From Octopus sinensis (Eukaryota), in the NCBI RefSeq assembly GCF_006345805.1, contig NW_021832208.1, positions 1 to 31,610 of the forward strand: a DNA stretch of 31,610 bases, in the 5' to 3' direction. The translations under genes were made by a program, and so were the position numbers. The notes beneath the pieces were generated by a model. That model saw nothing but the letters and a program-made list of their open reading frames with translations, was not told the DNA's origin and made no database searches. Every line of letters begins with the position of its first letter. Positions within the stretch are counted from its first letter, which is position 1. Positions 10,870 through 21,589 of the stretch are shown here, one piece after another.

Positions 10870-11330
10870 GTAGTGAGTCGATGCTGTTACATAGGAGTGA
10901 TGTAGGTCATGAAAACTACATTTAAACAAAGAGATGAGTGAATACAGAACAAAGGAATGGACAAACTGATAAAGAAGCAACTTCTTGCTGCTTACACGGT
11001 CCGTCTATAGTTTAAATAGCATTCGTTATCTTTTGAGACATGATGGCTTAGCTGAATGGTGAAGCGGTGCTATGCAGATAGAGGGACCTTATGTCGAAAG
11101 CCTTACACAAATAAAGATCACGAGAAAGCTCCTTAACAACCTAAGTGAACTAGAGGCTCAGTTTCATTGTAAGTTATAGGAGAAAAAACGCAATGAGAAT
11201 ATAGAAGAGATGGAGAATATGAAAGGAAGTCGAAGCTGGAGAAGAAGAAAATTGTGAGGGGATACTTGAAGGTCAAATCAACTGGTTGCAGAGAGATTCG
11301 CTCAGTAACGGGCTAAATTGTGGAACACAG
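10870..11330 (+). mobile_element. Possible very decayed RTE-type LINE ORF2 3' remnant
   Basis: Faint echoes of MLHGSE (atgctgttacataggagtga) and of the GRP..W.E.V..DL region; many stops. Confidence 0.2.
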
Positions 11331-11496
11331 ATGTGTGAGGGGTCCCAGTACCATTAAAAAATCTTATTCATGTGTTTGTAGGTACATACCTTAACGTTAA
11401 AACACGCCATGTCTCTGTGTCGCGTGTCATTTTATTATCGTTTAATCATATCATATGATATACTCAGGACTATTCCGCACTTTTTTTCTTTTTTAG

Positions 11497-11584
11497 GAGT
11501 GAGTAGCCTCAGCAAGAAACGCACCAGGCATTCCATTCATTTCCCAGCTCAAAGGAGCGAGCCCCGTTTTATGCTCGGGTCAAG
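11497..11584 (+). CDS. Candidate exon (88 nt)
   Basis: Strong acceptor ctttttttcttttttag|, weak donor AAG|GTATAG; only one frame open (GVSSLSKKRTRHSIHFPAQRSEPRFMLGS). Confidence 0.2.
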
Positions 11585-12239
11585 GTATAGAACACAACCC
11601 CCAATAAAAACAGCTGGGCCCGACCATCATATTCTAGTTTATCGTTAAATAGATGTCGAAAATATGTAGCAGATAACTATGAGGTTATATGAGACTGTGA
11701 GCATATCGGCACACATCGAACTCGTCTGACAGTCAGCTTCGTCTCCTAATGAAATGTCTCGCCAATACAAAGATTCACTATTCTTCACCAAAATGTTTGT
11801 CCTTAATTGTTTCCGGCATCTACGTTGAAATAGTTTGTGAGATACGTTTATGGCTGTAATTCTGAAGTGTAATTATCTTTTTATTGATATATCACCCAAC
11901 TGATACGTAAACTAGAAGAATTTTTGTACCACTGTTTATGAAGTCTGTCCCATTTTTGATATTAATTCTACGAAGTCTATATGAAATGTCACGCTTAGAT
12001 GGTTTACTTGCTTCTCTATTCCTATAGTGTGTTGGGTATTTTGGTACCATTTCATATTGCGAAACCCCGCTATGAATATAGAAAGCTGATGTCTCTGTTG
12101 GAGGTCGCATAAACTACATCGCTTTATGTTACAATCACTTTCAAAATTTCTAACATGTCATCTAAGACCAACTACTAATCAGCAGAAAAGCATATCAATT
12201 TATATTCTGAGGTAGAGCAGAGCAATTTCCTTGGTTGTG

Positions 12240-12524
12240 GAGGCACATGGCCTAATGGTTAGAGCAACGGACTCGCGGTCGAGGGATCGCAGGTTCGAAT
12301 CTTAGACTGGGTGATGTGTATGTTTATGAGCGAAACACCTAACCTCCACGCGGCTCTAGCAGAAGGTAATGACGAACTTCTGCTGACTCTTTCGCCACAA
12401 CTTTCTCTCACTCTTTCCTCCTGCATCTTGCAGCTCACCAGGTGGGGAACCTATACGCCAAGGAAACCGGGAAACCGGCCCTTATGAGCCAGGCATGGCT
12501 CGAGAAGGAACAAACAAACAAATA
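12240..12524 (+). mobile_element. tRNA-derived SINE (family C variant, OR-like) with 16-bp TSD
   Basis: TGGCCTAATGG A box, GGTTCGAATC B box, tail ggaaaccgggaaaccggccc...(CAAA)n; TSD AATTTCCTTGGTTGTG 12224-12239 vs AATTTTCTTGGTTGTG 12525-12540. Confidence 0.92.
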
Positions 12525-12870
12525 AATTTTCTTGGTTGTGTACTCTTGGAGAAGAGTCGAAAATACATTTTTTTTTTTTACTTTTATTGCTATTTATCAC
12601 ATGTACGCAGACCTGAACTATAGATGAATTTCAATTCCTGGTAGTTTACAAATATGGTCGAAGAAATATGATGCAACATCTGAAGGCTGTTTGAAACAAT
12701 GTTAAGCACCTCTACTCCCGTGTTTGATTTCGGTAAATGCGGTTAACATCAGTAATGATGCGAAATTTATGGTAATGCTTAGCATATTTTGTGTTTTAAC
12801 AACAATCATTCGGGTTTCAACTAGTGTCCAGTTAACAGGTCAAATAGGCCAGCACTCACAAGGAGAAGGG

Positions 12871-13319
12871 TTACGTCGATTACATTGACCCCGATGTTTA
12901 ACTGGTCCTTATTTGTGGTAAGTAGCTTGCTTACGAACCACGAAGTTCCAGGTTCAGTTCCATTGCGTGGCACCTTGGGCAAGTGTCTTCTACTATAGCC
13001 TCGGGCCAACCAAAGCCTTGTGAGTGGATTTGGTAGACAGAAACTGAAAGAAGCCCGTCGTAAATATGTATATGTATATATATGTATGTATGTGTATATG
13101 TTTGTGTGACTGTGTTTGTTCCCATCGCCCCAACATCGCTTGACAACCGATGCTGGTGTGTTTGCGTCCCCGTAACTTAGTGGTTCGACAAAAGCGACCG
13201 ATAGAATAAGTACTAAGGCTTACAAAGAATAAGTTTTGGGGTCGATTTGCTGCTCGACTAAAGAGTAACCCCGAAAGAACGAAAGAAAAAGATGACCTGG
13301 GCGGAATCGGAACTCAGAA
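12871..13319 (-). mobile_element. Decayed family B SINE split by a family A insertion
   Basis: gtcgattacattgaccccgatgtttaactggtccttattt (12875-12914) continues as accccgaaag...gacctgggcggaatcggaactcagaa (13268-13319), as in the intact minus copy at 14190-14281. Confidence 0.75.
12914..13268 (+). mobile_element. Family A SINE, clipped at 5', with a deletion near the 3' end
   Basis: Begins tgtggtaagtagcttgc; collinear with the 26549 copy up to cgactaaag. Confidence 0.9.
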
Positions 13320-13589
13320 TTCCCAGCTCACCATCTCAAGCAAGTCAAAAGTTTAGATTATTACTAGTTTGGCAAAGCACATTGTGGACCAGCGGTTTAT
13401 AGAAGTCGAATACTTGTGATGAGGTCTATACTTTATGTGCGCTTCTTTTCATCCTGTTACGAATTTTTTCTTTCAAATGCTATCATTGGATATATTTCGT
13501 TTTATCCTTAAGTAGCTGGAACCTTACGCCCTGAAGAAATAATCAACCGTTTATAAAAGAAATAACGTTTAGATTTTGGCTCGTTTCAG

Positions 13590-13680
13590 AACAAAGTATG
13601 AAACCTTATCTTCACTAATCTCCATCCCTATATCTCTTGAGGATATCGTAAACAGGTCAGTGGTGCTCTTCACAACATTT
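13590..13680 (+). CDS. Candidate exon (91 nt)
   Basis: Acceptor tttggctcgtttcag|, donor TTT|GTAAGT; only one frame open (TKYETLSSLISIPISLEDIVNRSVVLFTTF). Confidence 0.25.
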
Positions 13681-13869
13681 GTAAGTTTTATACATTCTTT
13701 CACATCTCTTCCTCAGCCACGCAAATACACTTCAGATTTTTGTATATACTATTACAACGTCTGCAAAGAAACTGCGTTTGTTGTTGGTTCTGTTTTTCTG
13801 AGATTCAATCAAATAATATTCAGATTTACTCAACAAATGTTTAAGTCGCTTCCAACAGTTAACAGGATC

Positions 13870-13872
13870 AGA

Positions 13873-13922
<50 letters not shown>

Positions 13923-13960
13923 GGAAGAGAGAGAAGAGGAGAGAGAGAGGAGAGGAAGTG
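13870..13960. repeat. (GA)n microsatellite
   Basis: Directly visible. Confidence 0.95.
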
Positions 13961-13974
13961 AGAAACCTTAAAAT

Positions 13975-14350
13975 ATTCATTTCTACTTTAGGAACAAGGC
14001 CCGAAAATTTGGGGGAACAGTCGATTAGATCGACCCCAGTAGGCAACTCGTACTTAATTTATTGACCCAGAAAGGATAGCGAAATCTGAACTCAGAACGT
14101 AAAGGCAGACGAAATACGTATTTCTTTACTACCCGCAAGGGGCTAAACACAAAGAGGACAAACAAGGACAGACAAACGGATTAAGTAGGTTATATCGACC
14201 CCAGTGCGTAACTGGTACTTATTTAATCGACCCCGAAAGGATGGAAGGCAAAGTCGACCTCGGCGGAACATCAACTCAGAACGTAGCGGCAGACGAACTA
14301 CTGCTACGCATTTCGCCCGGCGTGCTAACGATTCTGCCAGCTCGCCGCTT
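13975..14350 (-). mobile_element. Family B SINE dimer with two different tails
   Basis: Head at 14350; unit 1 ends with the sequence tail tttagccccttgcgggtagtaaagaaata (~14118); unit 2 ends aaattttcgggccttgttcctaaagtagaaatgaat; possible TSD CCTTA(A/G)AATATTC at 13966-13978 and 14360-14372. Confidence 0.9.
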
Positions 14351-14927
14351 TACAAGACGCCTTAGAATATTCTGCTTTTCAGCCAGTGCTAGAAGATTCG
14401 TAGAGATTAATGGTAAACGTCATTATGTTACCTGAGATTCTGACAGGTGGCACACAACTTATACTTTATATTCTGGCATGTAACTAATCCCTAGTTTTTC
14501 ACACTATGGGTGGTTTTGCTTTCGGTACCAAAATCTTTCAGCCAGTGCCAGCCAGGGTCATGTACTTATATGCCCATTTAACGCTTACTGGTAAAAGTCG
14601 ATATATTGCCACAGATAGAAGATTAGTTTTATAACAGTTGATAAATAGGGGGAGGGGGTTCTTCGTATCTGAAGCTCACGAGGGAGAACATCACACCCTC
14701 CTTGATGCTGTAGAGCTTTTCTTTCTGCTGGCGCTTTGTGGGTTTACAGTAAAAGTTGGGTTTGGAAGCGCTTCGGCATATTTGGAGGGAATCCCACTGT
14801 ATTTTCTAAGATTTCTATATCAATGGATATCATACATTTACATGTGTAAAAACTTACACACATACATACATGCATACATACATACATGCATACATACATA
14901 AATACATGCATATATACATAAATGATA

Positions 14928-15129
14928 TGATGGCTGCCTCTTCGTTATCGAGTATGGCCATTGCATGAAGCTTAACTGTTATTGGTGCTGTGACCGAATG
15001 TGACTTTATAGCACAGCTAAAGATCTACTATATCTTCTACATAATTGGCAGTTAAAACCTTCGGCAATAGCCAGCTGTAGTTGTAACAGGGCTTCATGTA
15101 CCTTTGCATGTCGTTTAAACATAAACGAC
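14928..15129 (-). mobile_element. 3' end of an RTE (BovB-like) LINE
   Basis: Translates GFNCQLCRRYSRSLAVL*SHIRSQH, a decayed form of the terminal F.C..C.R.C.S..GL.SH.R.H motif, then a short tail aagcttcatgcaatggccatactcgataacgaagaggcagccatca. Confidence 0.78.
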
Positions 15130-15400
15130 ATACATACATACATACATACATACATACATACATACATACATACATACATACATGCATACATACATACATA
15201 AATGCATACATACATACATACATGCATACATACATACATACATAAATGCATACATACATACATACATACATACATACATACATACATACATGCATACATG
15301 CATACATACATACATACATAAATGCATACATACATACATACATGCATACATACATACATGCATACACACATTCATACATACATATTTACATACATACATG
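15130..15400. repeat. (CATA)n microsatellite
   Basis: Directly visible. Confidence 0.97.
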
Positions 15401-15551
15401 CATAGTACATGACTGAATGCATACATCCGTCTATACATACACACATGCATACATACATAACTGAATGCCTAATACAGACAGCTACATGTGCACGCATGCA
15501 TATGCAAGTAAACACACATTTGTATTCGCCCAATTTGATCTCACTCTTTAG

Positions 15552-15681
15552 ACTTGGACGTTCGACCGCAGTGGCTCAGTGGGTTACTATGGCTCCGGTT
15601 ACCAACAAGCTGTAGGTTTTACATTGGCGTGGCCTACTGGAGAATTCTACATAACCTGGAGTTGCTGGAAAGATATGGAAG
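15552..15681 (+). CDS. Candidate exon (130 nt) with consensus splice sites
   Basis: Acceptor gatctcactctttag|, donor AAG|GTGAGT; GC higher than flanks; two frames open (TWTFDRSGSVGYYGSGYQQAVGFTLAWPTGEFYITWSCWKDME or LDVRPQWLSGLLWLRLPTSCRFYIGVAYWRILHNLELLERYG). Confidence 0.4.
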
Positions 15682-15784
15682 GTGAGTACCGGACTACCTG
15701 AGAGACATCACTCGATGATTTCCTGCCGAGGTTAACTACTCGCAAGGCAGTAAGAATTTGTGTTTGGTGTTTCTTCCATAACAT

Positions 15785-15942
15785 GTTAATTAATCCATAG
15801 CTTGGATCCTGATAAGTGCTACATCTTCGAGTCAAGATGGACTTGGGAACAATACTGACGACAAAGTGGCGTTACAAAACTGAAAAGCTTGGAACTCCCG
15901 TACCAGGACTCCGCTGCTGGATGCGGTTTACATCACACCCCA
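15785..15942 (-). mobile_element. Decayed fragment of an old cephalopod interspersed repeat (SINE-like)
   Basis: ccatagcttggatcctgataagtgctac...tggacttgggaacaat...ggatgcggtttacatcacaccc resembles a cephalopod repeat I recall; single copy in this window. Confidence 0.35.
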
Positions 15943-16315
15943 AAATATTTTATAACAGCAGCCGATCATAAAATCAAAATCTCTTCTAAAGATATCAATA
16001 CATAAAAATGTTTTCCTTTACCTCCCTAGAAGATGTCTTTCTTTGTATTCTATGCTTTTCTATGAAGGGTTAATACTGCTCTCACCTAAATCCTACTCCT
16101 GATGTAACCCCAATAAATATATTAACCAAGATATTTCTCCAAAGTGAATCCTTTTATTCCGGTGCTCGAAAACTAACCCTTGTATTTCTTGTTAACTTAC
16201 CCCTCATCTCCATTTCTCTCTGTCGACTCCCAACAAATTTTGAATGAATTTCATAATAATTATCTTCCAGTCGGCTTCTCTCTTTCGACAATATACTGTA
16301 TATACGCAGAGATGT

Positions 16316-16542
16316 ATGCGTGTATACGTACATGGACACATGCGTGTACATATGGATGGCTGATTATGCATTTACTTACGTATGTATAAACGCATTTACG
16401 TATGTATATGTGTGCACGTGTGGATGAATGTATACATTCAGTCACGTAGGTATGCATGCAAATGTATGGCATTCATTGATATCATAGAAATCTCGGAACA
16501 CAATGGTGGAATTCTCTCCAAATATGGCAAAGTGTTTCCAAA
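16316..16542 (+). repeat. Right arm of the degenerate inverted repeat
   Basis: Reverse complement of 14761-14844 plus 15405-15519. Confidence 0.8.
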
Positions 16543-16609
16543 ATCTTTCCTGTATGTGTTAAATTTCGCAGAATATTTTTATTATCCTTATCATTATCAT
16601 TGCATTCTT

Positions 16610-16624
16610 CGTTATTATTGTTAT

Positions 16625-16656
<32 letters not shown>

Positions 16657-16768
16657 ACTACTATTATTGTTATTGTCGTTGTTGCTGTTCTCATATTATC
16701 ATCACCGTCACCATCATCATCATCGTCGTCGTCGTTGTCGTCGTTATCCCACCACCACTACAACAACA

Positions 16769-16856
<88 letters not shown>

Positions 16857-17205
16857 TCAGTATTAGTGGTAATATTTATAATTTTGTACTTCTCCTCACC
16901 ATCATCGTCCTCCTCATCATCATTATCATTAACATCATTACTATCAACAACATCAGCAGCAGTAGCAGCCGCATGATCGCCATCATCATCATCACATCAT
17001 CATCATCATCATCAACACCGTCATCATCATCATCGTCGTCGTAGTCATTGACTTCATCATCATCATCATCATCATTATTGTAGTCATTGACATCATAATT
17101 ACCATTCGCCGTCGTCGACATCACCACCACCAGCATCACCACCGCCGCCATCAACATCATCGTTGTCATCATCATCATCATCATCATCATCGCCACCATC
17201 ATCAC
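16610..17205. repeat. Compound trinucleotide microsatellite (TAC/CAT/CGT/TGC/CAC)
   Basis: Directly visible. Confidence 0.95.
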
Positions 17206-17354
17206 GATCGATATTCATCGACTTCATCTCCCAGTAACAATGGAAACCGAAACACATTTTATATTGGAATTCTCATTAAACTAAATATAATATTTAGAAA
17301 TAGATTCAACTTTAATAACGATATTACGTTATCACTGCATTCCGTATTGTATTT

Positions 17355-17386
17355 ATAATAATAATAAAAATAATAACAATGATAGT

Positions 17387-17454
<68 letters not shown>

Positions 17455-17523
17455 TTTAGTTTAATAATAATAATAATAGTTTGATAGTAATAATGATAAT
17501 GATGGTGATGATGATATTAATAA

Positions 17524-17586
<63 letters not shown>

Positions 17587-17668
17587 TAATAATAATTTTA
17601 GTTTAATAATAATAATAATAATAGTTTGATAGTAATAATGATACAGATGGTGATGATGATATTAATAA

Positions 17669-17735
<67 letters not shown>

Positions 17736-17740
17736 TTTAG
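17355..17740. repeat. (AAT)n array with a ~142-bp higher-order duplication
   Basis: ttttagttt(aat)n agtttgatagtaataatgata...gatggtgatgatgatattaataaat starts at 17454 and again at 17596. Confidence 0.9.
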
Positions 17741-18489
17741 TTATGATAACTATGAACGTCAATAAATTTGACGTTACTATACTCTGACACGTGAGATCAA
17801 CGCGGTTTAGAGATTAGAATATATATTGCTTTTATGAATTACTTGTAGCAATACGTAGTAATAGGTTATAACGGTTGTTCATCGTTATTATTGATATAAA
17901 TCAAATCACTGAAAATTATAGTTATATTATATTTACTTTGAGAAATTACACTTAATAATATCAAGATTTGAGTATTTCTCAGTCTATATTTTCCGATGTT
18001 TCTGATGTATTAAATGAAGGATTCTGATATTTCTACAAGGCGTGCTACATATTTGAAATAGAATGTCTAGTCGATTTAATTGCCTTACTGTGAATTATTT
18101 TCGTTTTTACTTTTCAGTAGCCCCCATCCCCTCGGGTTGTGAGGAGATGAAATGCATTGTCGACTCCGTACAAGATTTGATTGAAGTCTGAAGTTAGAAC
18201 ATGAAAGGTACCTAAATAAATAATGTAAAATCTCTCCCCGCCACCAGCCGCTGTTCTCCGGAATCTTCTTGCCACAGCCTTTTATATTCTTTAATAATGC
18301 GAAGCGTTAGAAATGGCTTTATTTTCTTATAACGTCAACAGCCGATAACAGCCTTCGGATCTGTTGCGTAGTCCAGGTCAGCCTCGATCGAATGCGTTCT
18401 AACAGTGACCATCCTGTCTTTTGAAATCTAATTTATTTTAAACAACAATACGTGGCTGTGTTGAAAAAAAAAAATATATATATATATAC

Positions 18490-18720
18490 GTTTACTTTGT
18501 TATTTTTGTCATCTTTACTTTGTTATCTCCCCTACTTTTAGCTCTCTTGTGTGACCCTTCTGTCAAGCATTATCGCCATGATAGATCGTTTGCCACTACA
18601 CAAATTTTTTTCTCTGCCTGTTCTTCTCCTCGTTTTTTTTTCTGTGTCCCTTTCTGTAGAAGAGCGTAGGCTCGAAACGTAAAAGACCTTTTCTATTCCT
18701 GAGCGTTATACTAATACATA
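18490..18720 (+). mobile_element. Penelope-like element pLTR remnant
   Basis: tctgtaGAAGAgcgtaggctcGAAACGTAaaaga hammerhead-like signature typical of PLE pLTRs, after a T-rich tract and between TA runs. Confidence 0.55.
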
Positions 18721-18762
18721 TACTATATATATACTATATAAATATGTATATAATCTTTTGTT

Positions 18763-18828
18763 TTATTCTTTTACTAGTTTCAGTCATTTGACTGCGGCAA
18801 TACTAGAGTACCGCCTTTAGTCGAGCAA
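18763..18828 (-). mobile_element. Family A SINE 3' end (5'-truncated)
   Basis: Reverse complement ttgctcgactaaaggcggtactctagtattgccgcagtcaaatgactgaaactagtaaaagaataa. Confidence 0.85.
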
Positions 18829-18871
18829 GAATAATACATCTTGCAGTCGTTATTGTTGTTGTTGTTGTTAT

Positions 18872-18960
18872 TGATTAGCCCTAGGTCACCGCTCTTCGAG
18901 CAGAATTTTGATCTAGGGACATTGAAGTCACGACTAAAGTATATTTTGCAATAGATACGT
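18872..18960 (+). repeat. Old interspersed repeat; related decayed copies at ~9070-9150, 18365-18425 and 26390-26465
   Basis: Shared pattern tagcccyaggtcagc...tcgagcagac/a...gac(a/g)ttccagtc...gaccatcc, each preceded by a GTT/GGT tract. Confidence 0.45.
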
Positions 18961-18967
18961 CATCCGG

Positions 18968-19344
18968 AAGGCAGCGAGCTGGTAGAATCGTTAGCTCACT
19001 GGTGGAAATGCGTAGCGGTATTGCGTCTGCTGCTGCGTTCTGAGTTCAAATTCCGCCGAGGTCGACTTTGCCTATCATCCTTTCTGGGTCGATAAATTAA
19101 GTACCAGTTATGCACAGTGGTCGATATAATCGACTTAATCCGTTTGTCTGTCCTTCTTTGTCCTCTCTGTGTTTAGCCCCTTGTGGGTAGTAAAGAAATA
19201 GGTATTTCGTCTGCCGCTACGTTCAGAGTTCAAATTCCGCCGAGATCGACTTTTGCCTATCATCTTTTCTGGGTCGATTAAATAAGTACCAGTTACGCAC
19301 TGCAGTCGATATAATCGACTTAATCCGTTTGTCTGTCCTTGTTT
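18968..19344 (+). mobile_element. Family B SINE dimer (second unit 3'-clipped)
   Basis: Units start at 19017 and 19201 (period 184). Confidence 0.92.
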
Positions 19345-19367
19345 TCTGGGGGTTTTTTTTCGGTCTT

Positions 19368-19622
19368 AGACGCAGGAGTGGCTGAGTGGTAAGTGCCTTG
19401 CTTACCAACCACATGGTTCTGGGTTCAATCCCACTGCGTAGCACCGTAGGCAAATGTCTTCTATTATAGTCTCGGACCGATCAAAGCCTTGTGTGTGGAT
19501 TTGGTAGACGGACACTAAAAGAAGCCTGTCATATATATGTGTGTGTCTGTGTGTGTGTGTGAGAGAAAGAGAGAGAGAGAGAGAGAGTGTGTGTGTGTGT
19601 GTACGTGTGTATGTTTGTGTGT
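19368..19622 (+). mobile_element. Family A SINE, 5' half
   Basis: agacgcaggagtggctgagtggtaag...gggttcaatccc...ggatttggtagacgg plus TG/GA tract. Confidence 0.9.
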
Positions 19623-19779
19623 TCTGCTCGATGATACAATGCGCAGCCAAATATCGAACCCACATCCTTACGATAATAAGCCGAGTACGCTAACCACCGA
19701 GGCAAGTAAATTCATTTGTCTTTTCCTACCTCTTTGCAAACATACACACATGCACCACACACGCACACACATATATATA

Positions 19780-19910
19780 CACACATAGTGCATACATATA
19801 CAAACCCACACATATATATAATGTATATATACATACAATTATACATAAATGTGTGTGTCTATGTATATATATAAACAGAGACATATAGAAGCTTTCATAT
19901 GTATGTGTAT

Positions 19911-20005
<95 letters not shown>

Positions 20006-20045
20006 GCATGCATACGTACATGCATGCATGCATACATACATACAT
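19780..20045. repeat. (TA)n / (CATA)n microsatellite
   Basis: Directly visible. Confidence 0.93.
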
Positions 20046-20392
20046 GCTTTGATTCTTCTTCGTTTCATCTTCAGCAAGCAACAGGTTTGCTTTATTTTAT
20101 AATGACAATTCGAAAGCCGTAACAATATAATTAACAATGCGGCCATGAAACGTGAAGATATTAGCGAGTTGCAGGTGGCATCTTGCTATGGATATTTATT
20201 TACAAGTGTAGCTAATGGTTTTAGTTGTTGTGGATACATACTCTTCATGCTAATCAGTACAAAATTGCTTTGTAATTATCACTGTTAAAGACCACTGTTA
20301 GAAAATCTGCAGTTAAAAAAAAAAAACAAAAAAAACATTGAAAGACTAACAATAGAAATAGCAGCAGCGATAACAACAACAACAACAACAAC

Positions 20393-20448
<56 letters not shown>

Positions 20449-20574
20449 TGATGATGATGATTTTTAAAAAAAATATATCTCGTGTGTCGAAACGAGTTTT
20501 AGCTAAGAACATTATAGGATATAGCAGCAGTATAAAAGAAAGTGTGTTTTTGTGTTGATTGTAAAATCACTCAC

Positions 20575-20649
20575 TTTCTAAACTGCATTATCATAATGAA
20601 CAACAAAAGATCCGTGACTGCAGTACTATTTTTAATGAGTATAATTCCA
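20575..20649 (-). CDS. Candidate exon (75 nt, phase 2-2)
   Basis: Acceptor ttgcctttataacag|, donor AAA|GTGAGT; GIILIKNSTAVTDLLLFIMIMQFR, hydrophobic. Confidence 0.25.
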
Positions 20650-21000
20650 CTGTTATAAAGGCAACATGCAAATGAGAGTAGTCTCCGCAGAAATAACTCC
20701 ATAAAAGGAAGTACTTTGCAGGAAGAACGATGATGAAAATTATGACACTTTCTCAAGTTGAAATTTGCATAATTGAACATAAGAAAGTCAAATCATGTGA
20801 ATTTGAATAAAGATTATTGATGGCGATCAATGCCAAAAGAAGACATGGATTAAAAATAAATAGACAGCGTCGTAATTTGTTAGGCTAGAAGAGAGTTGCG
20901 GAGAATACTTTCCAAGACCGTAGTGACTAAAGTTCTTGTGAATTTTTATGGTGGTACTGGAAGTGCATAAGAAAATTATATATATGTATGTATATATATA

Positions 21001-21181
21001 TAGGCTCGGGAGTGACTATAGGCACGGGAGTGGCTGTGTGGTAAGTACCTTGCTTACCAACCATATGGTTCCGCGTTCAGACCTGCTTCGTGATACCTTG
21101 GGTAAGTGCCTTCTTGTATAGCCTCGGGTCGACCAAATACGTGTGAGAGAATTTGATAGACGGAAACTGAAAGAAGCCAGT

Positions 21182-21245
<64 letters not shown>

Positions 21246-21430
21246 ATGTGTGTGCCTGTCCTCCTACCAACCGATGTTGATGTGTTTACGTCCCCCGTAA
21301 CTTAGCTCTTCGGCCAGAGAGAGCGATAGAATAAGTACTAGGCTTACAAAGAATAGGTCCTAGGCTCGATTTCTTCAATGCGGTGCTCCAGTATGGACGC
21401 AGTCAAATGACTGAAACAAATAAAAGAATA
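21001..21430 (+). mobile_element. Family A SINE with an 18-bp duplicated 5' end
   Basis: taggctcgggagtgacta followed by taggcacgggagtggctg, then full body to gactgaaacaaataaaagaata. Confidence 0.92.
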
Positions 21431-21589
21431 TATATACATATGAGCAAAACGTTGCTGAATCGTCAAACATTTAAACCGAATTTTATTAAAACAGCTTGTC
21501 CGACCGTCTTATAGGCCTCCCCTTTGAGAAACACTAATTTAAATTAAATTTGAGAAACCATCAAAAGAAGAAATAAAGATAGCCGTTTT

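Larger units (their letters stand above)
14761..15519 (-). repeat. Left arm of a degenerate inverted repeat (interrupted by CATA expansion and an RTE fragment)
   Basis: 14761-14844 is the reverse complement of 16455-16542 (about 69/88 positions by hand); 15405-15519 pairs with 16316-16447. Confidence 0.8.

Noticed and set aside
14638-14830. Coding-looking frames on both strands (e.g. NLRKYSGIPSKYAEALPNP...)
   Set aside because: Half of it is one arm of the inverted repeat whose partner has frameshifting indels; splice signals are weak
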